Shown: positions 39,864 through 49,960, counted from the stretch's first letter. The stretch is 64,000 bases of DNA from an uncultured Bacillota bacterium (GCA_949284065.1 CASDUO010000008.1:3938-67937), one strand, 5' to 3'. Translations and numbers: made by a program. The notes: a model not told the origin generated them from the sequence alone.

Positions 39864-41148
39864 GCGATTAAAGCCCAGGAGGATCGTCGTACTGGGGTTC
39901 GCAGCGGCTATAACGGCAGGCACGATCCTGCTCATGCTCCCCGTTTCATCATCGGGTGCCGATCCTGTCTCCTGGGTCGACAGCCTGTTCACATCCACCA
40001 GTGCTGTTTGTGTCACAGGACTTGCTTCTGTAGATCCGGGAGATACTCTTTCAACATTCGGACAGATAGTTTTGGCGATCCTCATACAGATAGGAGGATT
40101 GGGGATAAGCGTCGTGGGAGTGCTGGTATATGCTCTGGCCAGAGGCAACATAAGTCTGGGCGGCCACCGTATAGCCAGGGAATCACTGAATATAAATTCC
40201 GGGAAAGGCGTGGGAGACATAATACGCATGGTGGCATATATCACCGTGTTTTTTGAGGTCCTGGGAGCGACCCTTTCCTACTTCGTATTCTCACAGAGCT
40301 TTGAGCCGTTGAAAGCTGCAGGTGTAAGTATATTCCATACTATCGCAGCATTCAACAATGCGGGGTTTGATATACTTGGAGGATTCAAAAACCTGGCAGA
40401 CTACAATGAAAATTATTTCATGTGCATAGTCACCTGCATTTTGATCATATTCGGAGGTGTGGGCTTTGCTGTTATAGGAGAAGTGACTACGGGGCACAGA
40501 CCTGCTAAATGGTCTCTTACTACAAAACTGGTCCTTATCACTACGGGAGTGCTGATCATCGGCGGGACTGTTATGATAAAAATCGCAGACGGAAGCAATA
40601 TAACTTGGCTGGAAGCGTTTTTTCACAGCGTCTCCGCAAGGACGGCCGGTTTTTCCACAGTGAACGTGGGGATGATGAGCAGCGCATGTCTTTTGGTCAT
40701 CATGGTGCTGATGTTCATAGGGGCATCACCGGGTTCTACAGGCGGCGGGATCAAAACCACAACTGTAGCTGTACTTTTCATAAAATTCAGGGCTATAATC
40801 CTGAACCGGCATTGCGAGGTGTTCAACAAAAGGGTGTCTGACAACAGCGTGGCCAAAAGCTTCAATGTGCTGGCCATGGCCATGCTGGTGGTCATCATAG
40901 GTACGTTCATGATATGTATGATAGAGCCGGATCTTACTTTTGAACAGATCATGTTCGAGGCGGTAAGCGCTTTCACGACAACAGGGCTTTCTACAGGGAT
41001 AACGCCTGAGTTAAGTTCGGCGTCAAAGCTGATACTGGTGGTCATGATGTTTGTGGGAAGGCTGGGTCCGCTCACCATAGCCACTGTCTGGTTCAGCAGA
41101 GAATTGTCGGGAGCGGCCAGATTGAGCGAAGATGTAAGCATAGGATAG
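39853..41148 (+). CDS. ktrB: K+ uptake membrane subunit, TrkH/KtrB family
   Basis: 431-aa polytopic protein with repeated pore-loop motifs (CVTGL, AAFNNAGF, SARTAGF, AFTTTGLS). Confidence 0.9.
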   Translation: MKSKRLKPRRIVVLGFAAAITAGTILLMLPVSSSGADPVSWVDSLFTSTSAVCVTGLASVDPGDTLSTFGQIVLAILIQIGGLGISVVGVLVYALARGNISLGGHRIARESLNINSGKGVGDIIRMVAYITVFFEVLGATLSYFVFSQSFEPLKAAGVSIFHTIAAFNNAGFDILGGFKNLADYNENYFMCIVTCILIIFGGVGFAVIGEVTTGHRPAKWSLTTKLVLITTGVLIIGGTVMIKIADGSNITWLEAFFHSVSARTAGFSTVNVGMMSSACLLVIMVLMFIGASPGSTGGGIKTTTVAVLFIKFRAIILNRHCEVFNKRVSDNSVAKSFNVLAMAMLVVIIGTFMICMIEPDLTFEQIMFEAVSAFTTTGLSTGITPELSSASKLILVVMMFVGRLGPLTIATVWFSRELSGAARLSEDVSIG

Positions 41149-41173
41149 TAAAATATATGAGATGGAGGTAAAA

Positions 41174-41848
41174 ATGAGAGACGGCAGACCGGAGAGTTTT
41201 GGAGTCATAGGATTGGGAAGGTTCGGCCTTGCCTTGGCAAAGGCTCTGGCAGAGTCAGGAGCCGAAGTCATAGCGGTAGACAAAGATGAAGAAAAACTCA
41301 AATATATGAGAGAGTATGTGCAGGATGCTCTGATGGTGGGAAAGCTGACCAGAGAGGCCCTTGAAGATGCGGGGATAAAAGAGTGCGGCACTGTCATAAT
41401 ATGTATATCCGAAAGCATAGACGTAAGCATGCTCACGACACTCAACGTGCTGAACCTGGGCGTGCCGAGGGTCATAGCGAAGGCGGAAAGTCTGGAACAC
41501 GGTATAATACTGGAGCGTATAGGTGCCGATGTGGTTTATCCGGAAGCGGAGACCGCCACCAGGCTGGCCTCTGTGCTTTTAGGATCGAAGGCCCTCGATA
41601 TAATGCGTCTCAACGGCGGCTATGTCATATCGGAGATAAAGATAACGGAAAAACTGTACGGCAAGAGGATAAAGGATCTGCATCTGGAAAAATATGACTT
41701 GAAACCGGTTTCCCTTGAATACGAGCCGGACTGGACCATAACGGATTTTTCAGATGAGGAGATACTGGACAGGGGCGATGCTATAGTGGTCATAGGAAAA
41801 TTCGCAGACGTGGAGAAATTCCAGAGAAGGGAAGTCAATGACCGGTGA
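41174..41848 (+). CDS. ktrA: K+ uptake regulatory subunit, RCK/TrkA-N + TrkA-C (KtrA)
   Basis: GVIGLGRFG Rossmann motif and a C-terminal RCK_C-like part. GGAGG 5 nt upstream of the ATG at 41174. Confidence 0.9.
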   Translation: MRDGRPESFGVIGLGRFGLALAKALAESGAEVIAVDKDEEKLKYMREYVQDALMVGKLTREALEDAGIKECGTVIICISESIDVSMLTTLNVLNLGVPRVIAKAESLEHGIILERIGADVVYPEAETATRLASVLLGSKALDIMRLNGGYVISEIKITEKLYGKRIKDLHLEKYDLKPVSLEYEPDWTITDFSDEEILDRGDAIVVIGKFADVEKFQRREVNDR

Positions 41849-41909
41849 AAATAGTCATTGTGACTTTTTACCGTATTTCGCCTCTGGACAAGAAATGATC
41901 CCGTTTTTC

Positions 41910-41939
41910 TTGCAAACTACCGGTAGTATGTGGTATCAT
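41910..41939 (+). promoter_or_regulatory. promoter for rpsO
   Basis: TTGCAA (41910-41915), 18-nt spacer, TATCAT (41934-41939). Followed by a ~85-nt leader. Confidence 0.5.
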
Positions 41940-42027
41940 GAATCGTTGTTAATTTTACCTGTGGGCTTGGCTTTCGAAACTCCGACGGTTGCTCAGCAGC
42001 AGGTGTATTCAGAAAAGGAGAAGAATT

Positions 42028-42294
42028 ATGATCGATCAGGCAAAAAAAGCTGAAATCATCAAGGAATATCAGCTGAAGGAAGGGGATACAGGCTCCCCGG
42101 AGGTACAGATAGCGATCCTCACTTACAGGATCAATGACTTGAATGAACATTTGAAGGTGCATAAAAAAGATCACCATTCAAGAAGAGGGCTCCTCAAGAT
42201 GGTAGGTCAAAGAAGGAATATGCTCAACTACCTGAAGGAGAAAGATCTTGAAAGATATAGGGATCTCATAGCTCGTTTAGGATTAAGAAAGTGA
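42028..42294 (+). CDS. rpsO: 30S ribosomal protein S15
   Basis: 88 aa. [14 protein letters not shown] and [15 protein letters not shown] are S15 signatures. AAGGAG RBS. The ORF-track start at 41989 is an extension. Confidence 0.95.
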   Translation: MIDQAKKAEIIKEYQLKEGDTGSPEVQIAILTYRINDLNEHLKVHKKDHHSRRGLLKMVGQRRNMLNYLKEKDLERYRDLIARLGLRK

Positions 42295-42303
42295 TTTTGA
42301 AAT

Positions 42304-42330
42304 ATAAGCGAGGCGGGGCGTCTCGCTTAT
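42304..42330 (+). terminator. rpsO-pnp intergenic hairpin (attenuator or processing site)
   Basis: 9-bp stem ATAAGCGAG / CTCGCTTAT with a 9-nt loop. The T tract is poor, so it may be leaky or an RNase target. Confidence 0.45.
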
Positions 42331-42375
42331 TAATATATTTGTAAGAGGAAATTTTATCAGGAGGTAGTTGATAAA

Positions 42376-44472
42376 GTGAAGTATGAAGATTACAAGACGT
42401 TCAGAACGGCCATAGGAGGAAAACTGCTTGAATGTGAAATAGGAAGAGTATGTGAGCAGACTAACGGTCAGGTCATGGTAAGGTATGGAGACACAGTCGT
42501 AAACGTCACCGCCGTAATGTCCAAGGAGCCCAGACCGGATATAGATTTTTTCCCGTTGAGCTGCGATTATGAAGAAAGGATGTATGCTGCAGGAAAGATA
42601 CCGGGCGGATTCCTCAAGCGAGAAGGAAGACCTTCGGAGCAGGCCATACTCAACAGCAGACTCATGGATAGGCCGTTGAGGCCTTTGTTCCCCAAGGGAT
42701 TATATAACGACGTACAGGTAGTTGCCACGGTAATGTCCATGGATCACGATGCTCCCAGCGAGATAGCTGCTATGATCGGATCATCCATAGCTCTTTCCGT
42801 TTCGGATATACCCTGGGAAGGACCCACAGGATCCGTGCTAATAGGAAGGGTGGACGGCAAGTTCATAGTGAATCCCTCAGCCGCACAGAAAGCGGAAAGC
42901 GATATGCACATGGTGGTGTCCGGAACGAAGGATGCCATAATGATGGTAGAGGCAGGGGCACAGCAGGTGCCGGAAGATGAGATCCTTGACGGCATAATGT
43001 TCGCCCATGAGGAGATCAAAAAGATAGTGGCGTTCATCGAGGACATCGTCGCTGAAGTCGGCAAGCCGAAGAGAGATATAGAGTTCAAAAAGGTAGACCC
43101 TGAAATCGAGACAGATGTGAGGGCTTATGCGGAAGGCAAGATGAGGGCTGCGGTACAGACCGAAGAAAAGCAGGAACGTCTCGACAATATGGATGCCGTG
43201 GAGGCTGAGACCCAGGAATATTTCGCCGAGAAATATCCCGAACAGGAAAAGGATATAGCAGCCGTTCTTTATGACATAACCAAGGAACAGGTGCGAAGTC
43301 TCATACTGGATGACGGCATCAGACCGGATAACAGAAAATACGAAGAGATACGACCTATTTGGATAGACACAGGAGTGCTGCCCAGGACACACGGGAGCGG
43401 ACTGTTCAAGAGAGGACAGACACAGGCGATGAGCGTCGCCACACTGGGGCTTTTGAGTGAAGGACAGCGTGTAGACGGCATAACCGATCTTACGGAAAAA
43501 AGATATATGCATCACTATAATTTCCCGCCCTATTCCGTAGGCGAGGCGAGACCTATGAGAAGCCCCGGGAGGAGAGAGATAGGACATGGAGCTTTAGCGG
43601 AAAGAGCAATAGTTCCGGTGTTGCCGGATACAGATGAATTCCCCTATGCTATAAGAGTAGTGTCCGATATACTTTCATCCAACGGTTCCACTTCCATGGC
43701 ATCCACGTGCGGGAGCTGTCTGGCCCTTATGGACGCAGGAGTGCCTATAAAGGCTCCGGTGGCAGGAATAGCCATGGGGCTTATCGAAAGAGTGGAAGAG
43801 GACGGCACCAGCAAGATGGCCATACTTTCCGATATACAGGGAATGGAGGATTTCCTGGGAGATATGGATTTCAAAGTCGCCGGTACGGAGAAAGGCGTGA
43901 CGGCGATACAGATGGATATAAAAGTCCATGGACTTTCCAGGGAGATACTCGAAAAGGCACTGGCTCAGGCCAGAGAAGGCAGGATGCACATAATGGGTGA
44001 GATGCTCAGTGAGATCAGCCAGCCAAGAGAAGATCTTTCACCTTATGCGCCTAGGATCATCACCATGCAGGTAGATCCTGAAAAGGTCAGGGTGATCATA
44101 GGCCCCGGAGGCAAGACTATCAACAGGATCATCGAGGAGACCGGTGTGAAGATAGATATAGACGACGACGGTATGGTCTATGTTGCGGCACCTGATATGG
44201 AGAGCGCTCAACTCGGCATGAAGGAGATCGAATTGCTTACCAGAGATGTGGAGGTAGGCGAGACCTATGTGGGTAAAGTGGTCAGGATAATGAACTTCGG
44301 CGCATTCATAGAGATACTGCCGGGGAAAGACGGCCTGCTGCATATCTCCAAAATGGCAAAAGAGAGAGTGGAAAAGGTAGAGGACGTCATGAACATAGGT
44401 GATGAAGTCAAAGTGAAGGTAGTGGAGATAGACAGCCAAGACAGGATAAATCTCATAAGAGCGGATCTGTAA
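42376..44472 (+). CDS. pnp: polynucleotide phosphorylase
   Basis: Two RNase PH domains, a KH domain (IGPGGKTIN) and an S1 domain (GKVVRIMNFGAFIE). GTG start. 698 aa. Confidence 0.95.
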   Translation: MKYEDYKTFRTAIGGKLLECEIGRVCEQTNGQVMVRYGDTVVNVTAVMSKEPRPDIDFFPLSCDYEERMYAAGKIPGGFLKREGRPSEQAILNSRLMDRPLRPLFPKGLYNDVQVVATVMSMDHDAPSEIAAMIGSSIALSVSDIPWEGPTGSVLIGRVDGKFIVNPSAAQKAESDMHMVVSGTKDAIMMVEAGAQQVPEDEILDGIMFAHEEIKKIVAFIEDIVAEVGKPKRDIEFKKVDPEIETDVRAYAEGKMRAAVQTEEKQERLDNMDAVEAETQEYFAEKYPEQEKDIAAVLYDITKEQVRSLILDDGIRPDNRKYEEIRPIWIDTGVLPRTHGSGLFKRGQTQAMSVATLGLLSEGQRVDGITDLTEKRYMHHYNFPPYSVGEARPMRSPGRREIGHGALAERAIVPVLPDTDEFPYAIRVVSDILSSNGSTSMASTCGSCLALMDAGVPIKAPVAGIAMGLIERVEEDGTSKMAILSDIQGMEDFLGDMDFKVAGTEKGVTAIQMDIKVHGLSREILEKALAQAREGRMHIMGEMLSEISQPREDLSPYAPRIITMQVDPEKVRVIIGPGGKTINRIIEETGVKIDIDDDGMVYVAAPDMESAQLGMKEIELLTRDVEVGETYVGKVVRIMNFGAFIEILPGKDGLLHISKMAKERVEKVEDVMNIGDEVKVKVVEIDSQDRINLIRADL

Positions 44473-44479
44473 CAGTCCC

Positions 44480-45384
44480 ATGATGTTAAAGGAGAGATAC
44501 GGATTGGAACAAAGCGATAAGAGTATAGATAAACACCATAACGATGGAACTTCTGAGGATGAGGGAACGAAACACAAAGAAAAAAAGCATCATGAGCATA
44601 AGATAGCAAGAGCCATGAAATCTGTCAGGTGGCTGATTTTCTGGGTATCTCTTGCGATGATATTTATGGTGGGCGTATATTTCTTTTATGGCCACCAAAA
44701 GGCCATGGAATTTCTGGGAGGATATCTCATAGAGCTCAGCCTGAGCATAGATAACGTGTTCGTGTTCCTCATGATATTCTTAAGTTTCGGCATAGAAGAA
44801 CATGCACAGCACCGGGTCCTGGGATGGGGCATAATGGGTGCCATAGTTTTGAGATTCATCTTCATCTTCTTTGGCGTGGCGGTAGTGGACAAGTTCGAAT
44901 GGGTGCTCTATATATTCGGAGTCATACTCATAATAAGTGCATTCCGCATGGTGAAGAACGAAGAGAAAAAGGACCCCCACGACAGCAAGGTCATCAAGGT
45001 ACTTCATAGATTCGTACCGGTGACCGATCATTTCGTGGGCGAGAAATTCTTCGTCATAGAAAACGGAAAAAGGATGGCCACGACAGTGTACCGGCGGTGT
45101 TGTCAGTATCCACCGATCTGTTCATAGTCTATACATCGAACATATTCGCCATATTGGGGCTCAGACAGCTTTTCTTCGTCATAGAGCATGTACAGGAAAG
45201 ATTCAGATATGTGAAATACGGAGTTGCGGTGATACTAGCATTCACCGGAGTGAAGATGCTCCTGGGCATGTTCTCATATCACATAGCGGTGGAAGCATCG
45301 ATCATATTCATAGTAACGGTGCTGGCAGCCAGCGTGATATTGTCTGTGATAATTTCTAAGAGGAAAGAAGGAAATGGTGCATAG
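44480..45384 (+). pseudogene. TerC-family membrane protein gene disrupted by an internal out-of-frame deletion
   Basis: ORF 44480-45127 carries the TerC N-terminal part (GGYLIELSLSIDNVFVF...GKRMAT). The frame then shifts and TerC-like sequence resumes as DSVPAVLSVSTDLFIVYTSNIFAILGLR from ~45082. About 17 conserved residues between the two parts are missing. Confidence 0.7.
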
Positions 45385-45460
45385 AGCATGCTCCGGCAGA
45401 TCTGAAATCAGAAAATGTAAAATAAATATATAAAAGTTGATCACTAAAGGGAGAGGACAG

Positions 45461-48400
45461 ATGTTTAAAAACCTATCTGAAAAGCCTATAGCAGATGTGC
45501 AGAAAGAACAGGCGGACAATTGGAAGAAGGAAAATCTTTTAGAGCAGTGTGTTTCCCAAAGGGACGGTTGCCCTGAGTTCGTTTTTTACGAAGGGCCGCC
45601 TACGGCCAACGGAAAACCAGGTATACATCATGTCATTGCGAGGACACTGAAAGACTCGGTCTGTAGATACAAGACCATGAGAGGATACCAAGTGAGGAGA
45701 AAGGCCGGTTGGGATACTCACGGTCTGCCTGTGGAGATAGAGGTAGAAAAAGAACTGGGTATGTCAGGGAAGCAGGACATAGAAAAGTACGGCATAGAAA
45801 AGTTCAATGAAAAGTGTAAAGAGTCGGTGTTCAAGTACGAGAGCATGTGGCGCGATATGACGGAGCGCATGGGATATCTCATCGACATGGACGATCCATA
45901 TATCACCTTGAACAACGATTATATACAGACCGGATGGTGGATAATAGACAGGTTTTTCCGCGAAGGACTCATATACGAGGGGCATAAGATACTGCCCTAC
46001 TGTCCCAGATGCGGAACGGGTCTGGCATCTCATGAAGTGGCCCAGGGATATAAAGAGGTACAGGTCCTCACTCTGACCGCAAAGTTCAAGAGAAAGGATG
46101 CAGACGAATACTTCCTGGCCTGGACGACGACTCCCTGGACATTAGCGTCTAACGTTTCTCTTACGGTAGGGGCTGACATAGACTATGTCAAAGCAAAGAT
46201 GACCGATGGAGATCAGGAAGGCAAACTGTTTTATGTTGCGAAAGTGCTGGCAGACAAGGTGCTGGGAGAAGGAAAATATGAAGTAGTGGCAGAGATGAAG
46301 GGGAAGGATCTGGAATACGTAGAGTATGAACAGCTCATGCCCTTCGTGAAAGTGGATAAAAAAGCCTTTTTCGTCACATGTGCCGACTATGTCACCGTGG
46401 AAGACGGTACGGGCATAGTGCACACAGCGCCTGCCTTCGGTGAAGACGACTATCAGACAGGCAGGAGATACGACCTGCCGGTCCCGAATCCGGTGGACTC
46501 GGAAGGAAAATATACAGAGACTCCGTGGGCGGGCCGGTTCGTTATGGAGGAAGGCCTGGATATTGACATACTCAAATATCTTGCAGGAGAAGGCAAGATA
46601 TTCTCCAAGGAAAAGATGCTCCATAACTATCCCCACTGCTGGCGGTGCGGGACGCCTCTGGTGTATTATGCGAAGCCGAGCTGGTATATAGAGATGAGCA
46701 GGCTCAAGGAACAGCTCGTTGCAAACAACGACACTGTCAACTGGTATCCTGACTTCGTCGGAGAAAAGCGTTTCGGAAACTGGCTGGAAGAGCTCAAAGA
46801 CTGGGCTATATCCAGAGACAGGTACTGGGGCACGCCTATCCCCATATGGCGCTGCCAGTGCGGTCATCTCGAGTGTGTCGGAAGCAGAGCAAGGCTCAAA
46901 GAGCTGGCAATAGAGGATATTTCCGAAGACATAGAGCTCCACAGGCCTTATGTGGACGATGTCCACATAAAGTGTGAAAAATGCGGAAGCGTCATGAGCA
47001 GGATACCGGAAGTCATGGACTGCTGGTTCGACAGCGGAGCCATGCCCTTTGCCCAGCAGTTCTATCCTTTCCAAAATGAAGAAAAGTTCGATGAGGAAAT
47101 GTATCCGGCTGATTTCATCTGTGAAGGTATAGACCAGACCAGAGGATGGTTCTATTCACTCATGGCTATCGGCACATTCATAAAAGGTAAGTCTCCATAT
47201 AAAAATGTGCTGGTAAACGATCTCATTTTGGACAAAGAGGGAAAAAAGATGTCCAAGCACGTGGGAAACACGGTGGACCCTTTCGAACTCTTCGACAAGT
47301 ATGGAGCCGATGCCACAAGATGGTATCTGCTGCACAGTTCACCGGCGTGGTCGCCTACAAAGTTCGATGAGGACGGACTGAAAGAGACTGTGAGCAAGTT
47401 TTTCGGTACATTGAGGAATGTGTATAACTTCTTCGTGCTTTATTCCAATCAGGACAAGGCGGAACCGGAAAAATATGATATACCCTATGAGGAGAGACAG
47501 GAGTTGGACAGGTGGATCATATCTAAATACAACAATCTCATAATGGATGTGGAAGATGAGATGGACCGGTATGATCATATGAAGGCTGTGAGAAAGATAC
47601 AATATTTCGTCACGGAGGATCTTTCCAACTGGTATATAAGGAGAGCCAGAAGAAGATTCTGGGGTGAAGAGCTGGACCAGGACAAAAAGGCCGTGTATGC
47701 CACCACATATGAAGTGCTTGTGGGAGTGGCTAAACTCATAGCGCCTTTTGCACCTTTCATCGCCGATGAAATGTACATATCCCTCACAGGAGAGGATTCA
47801 GTCCACACTACTCTTTATCCTCGGGCCCGAAAAGAGCTGATAGATGAAAAAGTAGAGGAAAGGATGGACCTGGCAAGAGACATAGTCGGGCTGGGGCGCG
47901 GCATCAGAGAAAAAGAAAGGATCAAAGTGCGACAGCCGCTCAACGGCATACTGGTAGAAGGGAAGTATAAGGATATCATAGAGGATCTGGTTCCCCTGAT
48001 CACCGAAGAACTGAATGTGAAGAATGTGGAGTTCAGCAATGATACCGGAAGGTTCATGAACTACACTCTCAAGCCCAACTTCAGGGAGGCAGGACCGGTC
48101 CTGGGAGGAAAAGTAAAGGCTTTCGGAAAGGTCATTTCCGGGAAGGATCCGATGGAACTCGTGACTGCACTGAAGAAAGACGGAAAAGTCACACTGGATA
48201 TCGACGGTGAATCTGTGGAGATACCGGAAAACCTCATAGATGTGAGGATAGACGCCAAGGAAGGATTTGCGGTAGCCATGGAGGGAAGTCTCTTCGTCAT
48301 ACTTGACACCAAACTGGATGGTGAGCTCATGGATGAAGGGTACGCCAGAGAGATCGTTTCCAAGATCCAGCAGATGAGGAAGAAAAACGATTATGAGATG

Positions 48401-48574
48401 ATGGACAACATCAGGATATATCTTTCCGGGGACGAAGAGATCCAAAGAGCCGTGGAAAAGTACGAAGAGTACATAAAGACAGAGACCCTTGCCCTGGATA
48501 TCTGTAAAGGCCGCGGAGTCCCGGAACAGGATATAAACGGACATAAGACCGACATAGATATAGAGCGTGTATGA
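45461..48574 (+). CDS. ileS: isoleucyl-tRNA synthetase (long, type 2-like form)
   Basis: HIGH-region PPTANGKPGIHHV and KMSKHVGN (KMSKS). 1037 aa from the ATG at 45461, which has an AGGGAGAGG RBS. Confidence 0.95.
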   Translation: MFKNLSEKPIADVQKEQADNWKKENLLEQCVSQRDGCPEFVFYEGPPTANGKPGIHHVIARTLKDSVCRYKTMRGYQVRRKAGWDTHGLPVEIEVEKELGMSGKQDIEKYGIEKFNEKCKESVFKYESMWRDMTERMGYLIDMDDPYITLNNDYIQTGWWIIDRFFREGLIYEGHKILPYCPRCGTGLASHEVAQGYKEVQVLTLTAKFKRKDADEYFLAWTTTPWTLASNVSLTVGADIDYVKAKMTDGDQEGKLFYVAKVLADKVLGEGKYEVVAEMKGKDLEYVEYEQLMPFVKVDKKAFFVTCADYVTVEDGTGIVHTAPAFGEDDYQTGRRYDLPVPNPVDSEGKYTETPWAGRFVMEEGLDIDILKYLAGEGKIFSKEKMLHNYPHCWRCGTPLVYYAKPSWYIEMSRLKEQLVANNDTVNWYPDFVGEKRFGNWLEELKDWAISRDRYWGTPIPIWRCQCGHLECVGSRARLKELAIEDISEDIELHRPYVDDVHIKCEKCGSVMSRIPEVMDCWFDSGAMPFAQQFYPFQNEEKFDEEMYPADFICEGIDQTRGWFYSLMAIGTFIKGKSPYKNVLVNDLILDKEGKKMSKHVGNTVDPFELFDKYGADATRWYLLHSSPAWSPTKFDEDGLKETVSKFFGTLRNVYNFFVLYSNQDKAEPEKYDIPYEERQELDRWIISKYNNLIMDVEDEMDRYDHMKAVRKIQYFVTEDLSNWYIRRARRRFWGEELDQDKKAVYATTYEVLVGVAKLIAPFAPFIADEMYISLTGEDSVHTTLYPRARKELIDEKVEERMDLARDIVGLGRGIREKERIKVRQPLNGILVEGKYKDIIEDLVPLITEELNVKNVEFSNDTGRFMNYTLKPNFREAGPVLGGKVKAFGKVISGKDPMELVTALKKDGKVTLDIDGESVEIPENLIDVRIDAKEGFAVAMEGSLFVILDTKLDGELMDEGYAREIVSKIQQMRKKNDYEMMDNIRIYLSGDEEIQRAVEKYEEYIKTETLALDICKGRGVPEQDINGHKTDIDIERV

Positions 48575-48941
48575 TATGGATATCAGGGTGATAACTCCAG
48601 ATGATATTTCCAGACTGGGGGATATAGATATAAAGGAACACTGTCACATAGTGGATTCCTATGCCTGTCTCGGCAGGGAGCCTGAAGCCATAGCCATAAG
48701 ACAGGGCATAGACCTGAAAGACATCATCGATATGCTCACTCTGTACGGGTTCGGGCTGGGTACCAGGTGGGGACATGTATATGAGGACAGAGGAAAGTTC
48801 AAAAAGATGTCCCGTTCACTCATAGACGAATTCGTAAGCAGGGCATATCCTGACGGCAAGATACGATTCCGGGATTTCCTCATGGATAAGGACATGAGAG
48901 AGGAACTGGAAAAAGGAAGGGGAGAGATGATGTTCAGATGA
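48567..48941 (+). CDS. hypothetical protein, 124 aa (121 aa if the start is the ATG at 48576)
   Basis: ORF squeezed between ileS and rlmN. The GTG at 48567 overlaps the ileS end, and the stop overlaps the rlmN ATG (ATGA). I do not recognise a family. Confidence 0.55.
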   Translation: MYDMDIRVITPDDISRLGDIDIKEHCHIVDSYACLGREPEAIAIRQGIDLKDIIDMLTLYGFGLGTRWGHVYEDRGKFKKMSRSLIDEFVSRAYPDGKIRFRDFLMDKDMREELEKGRGEMMFR

Positions 48942-49960
48942 AGGTAGATTATCTGGATATGACGGAAAAAGAAGCGGAAGAACTGATGCTTTCTATGGGT
49001 CACAAGGCCTTTAGGGGCAGGCAGTTTTTTCGTTGGATACAAAAAGGGGAAGACCGGATAGAGAACATGACAGATCTCGGAGAGGATCTGAGAGAAGCTC
49101 TCCGGGAAAGAGGAGAGATCATGACCCCTTCAATAGAGGAAAAGCAGGAAGATCCGGGAGACGGCACTGTGAAATACCTCCTGTCCTTGAAAGACGGTAA
49201 CAGGATAGAAGCGGTGCTCATGAGATATAGGTTCGGCAATTCCATCTGTATCTCTTCTCAGGCCGGATGTCGTATGGGCTGTGGATTCTGTGCATCTACT
49301 GTAGAAGGATTGGAGCGCGACCTGACAGCAGGGGAGATGACGGGTCAGATCAGGGCGGTGGCCGGAGATTCTAAAGAAAAAATAAACAGAGTGGTGATTA
49401 TGGGTACGGGCGAGCCCTTCGACAACTATGATAACCTTTATCGTTTCATCCGCATAGTCAACAACAGGAACGGCATGGACATGGGTATGAGGAACATCAC
49501 AGTATCGACCTGTGGCATAATACCCGGGATAAGGAAGTTTGCAGAGGACTTCCCTCAGGTGAACCTGGCGGTGTCCCTCCATTCCGCCGTAGATGAAGTG
49601 AGGACTTCCCTCATGCCGGTCAACAGGTCATATCCTTTGGATAGACTTTTGGAGGAGTGCAGGAGATATACCGAAAAAACAGGACGGAGGATAACTTTCG
49701 AATATGCTCTCATCGATGGAGTGAATGACAGGCTGAAGGATATAGAAGCCCTGACAGGAGCATTGAAGGGGATGCTGTGCCATGTGAACCTCATCAGACT
49801 GAACAAGGTGGAAGGCAAGGGACTGCAGCCTTCAGATGAAAAGAGGGTGGACGGCATATGGAAGGCTCTCGGCAGAGCCGGTATCACGGCTACGGTGAGA
49901 AGACAGTTGGGAGCTGATATAGACGGTGCCTGCGGGCAGCTCAGACTGAGGAGGATATAG
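48938..49960 (+). CDS. rlmN: 23S rRNA/tRNA adenine-C2 methyltransferase, radical SAM (RlmN family)
   Basis: FRGRQFFRW N-terminus, radical-SAM CRMGCGFC, C-terminal GAACGQL-like DGACGQL. Confidence 0.9.
   Translation: MKVDYLDMTEKEAEELMLSMGHKAFRGRQFFRWIQKGEDRIENMTDLGEDLREALRERGEIMTPSIEEKQEDPGDGTVKYLLSLKDGNRIEAVLMRYRFGNSICISSQAGCRMGCGFCASTVEGLERDLTAGEMTGQIRAVAGDSKEKINRVVIMGTGEPFDNYDNLYRFIRIVNNRNGMDMGMRNITVSTCGIIPGIRKFAEDFPQVNLAVSLHSAVDEVRTSLMPVNRSYPLDRLLEECRRYTEKTGRRITFEYALIDGVNDRLKDIEALTGALKGMLCHVNLIRLNKVEGKGLQPSDEKRVDGIWKALGRAGITATVRRQLGADIDGACGQLRLRRI

Noticed and set aside
45385-45460. A T-box or other leader upstream of ileS.
   Set aside because: Only 76 nt are available. There is no specifier-loop or T-box sequence, only a 10-nt palindrome GAGCATGCTC.
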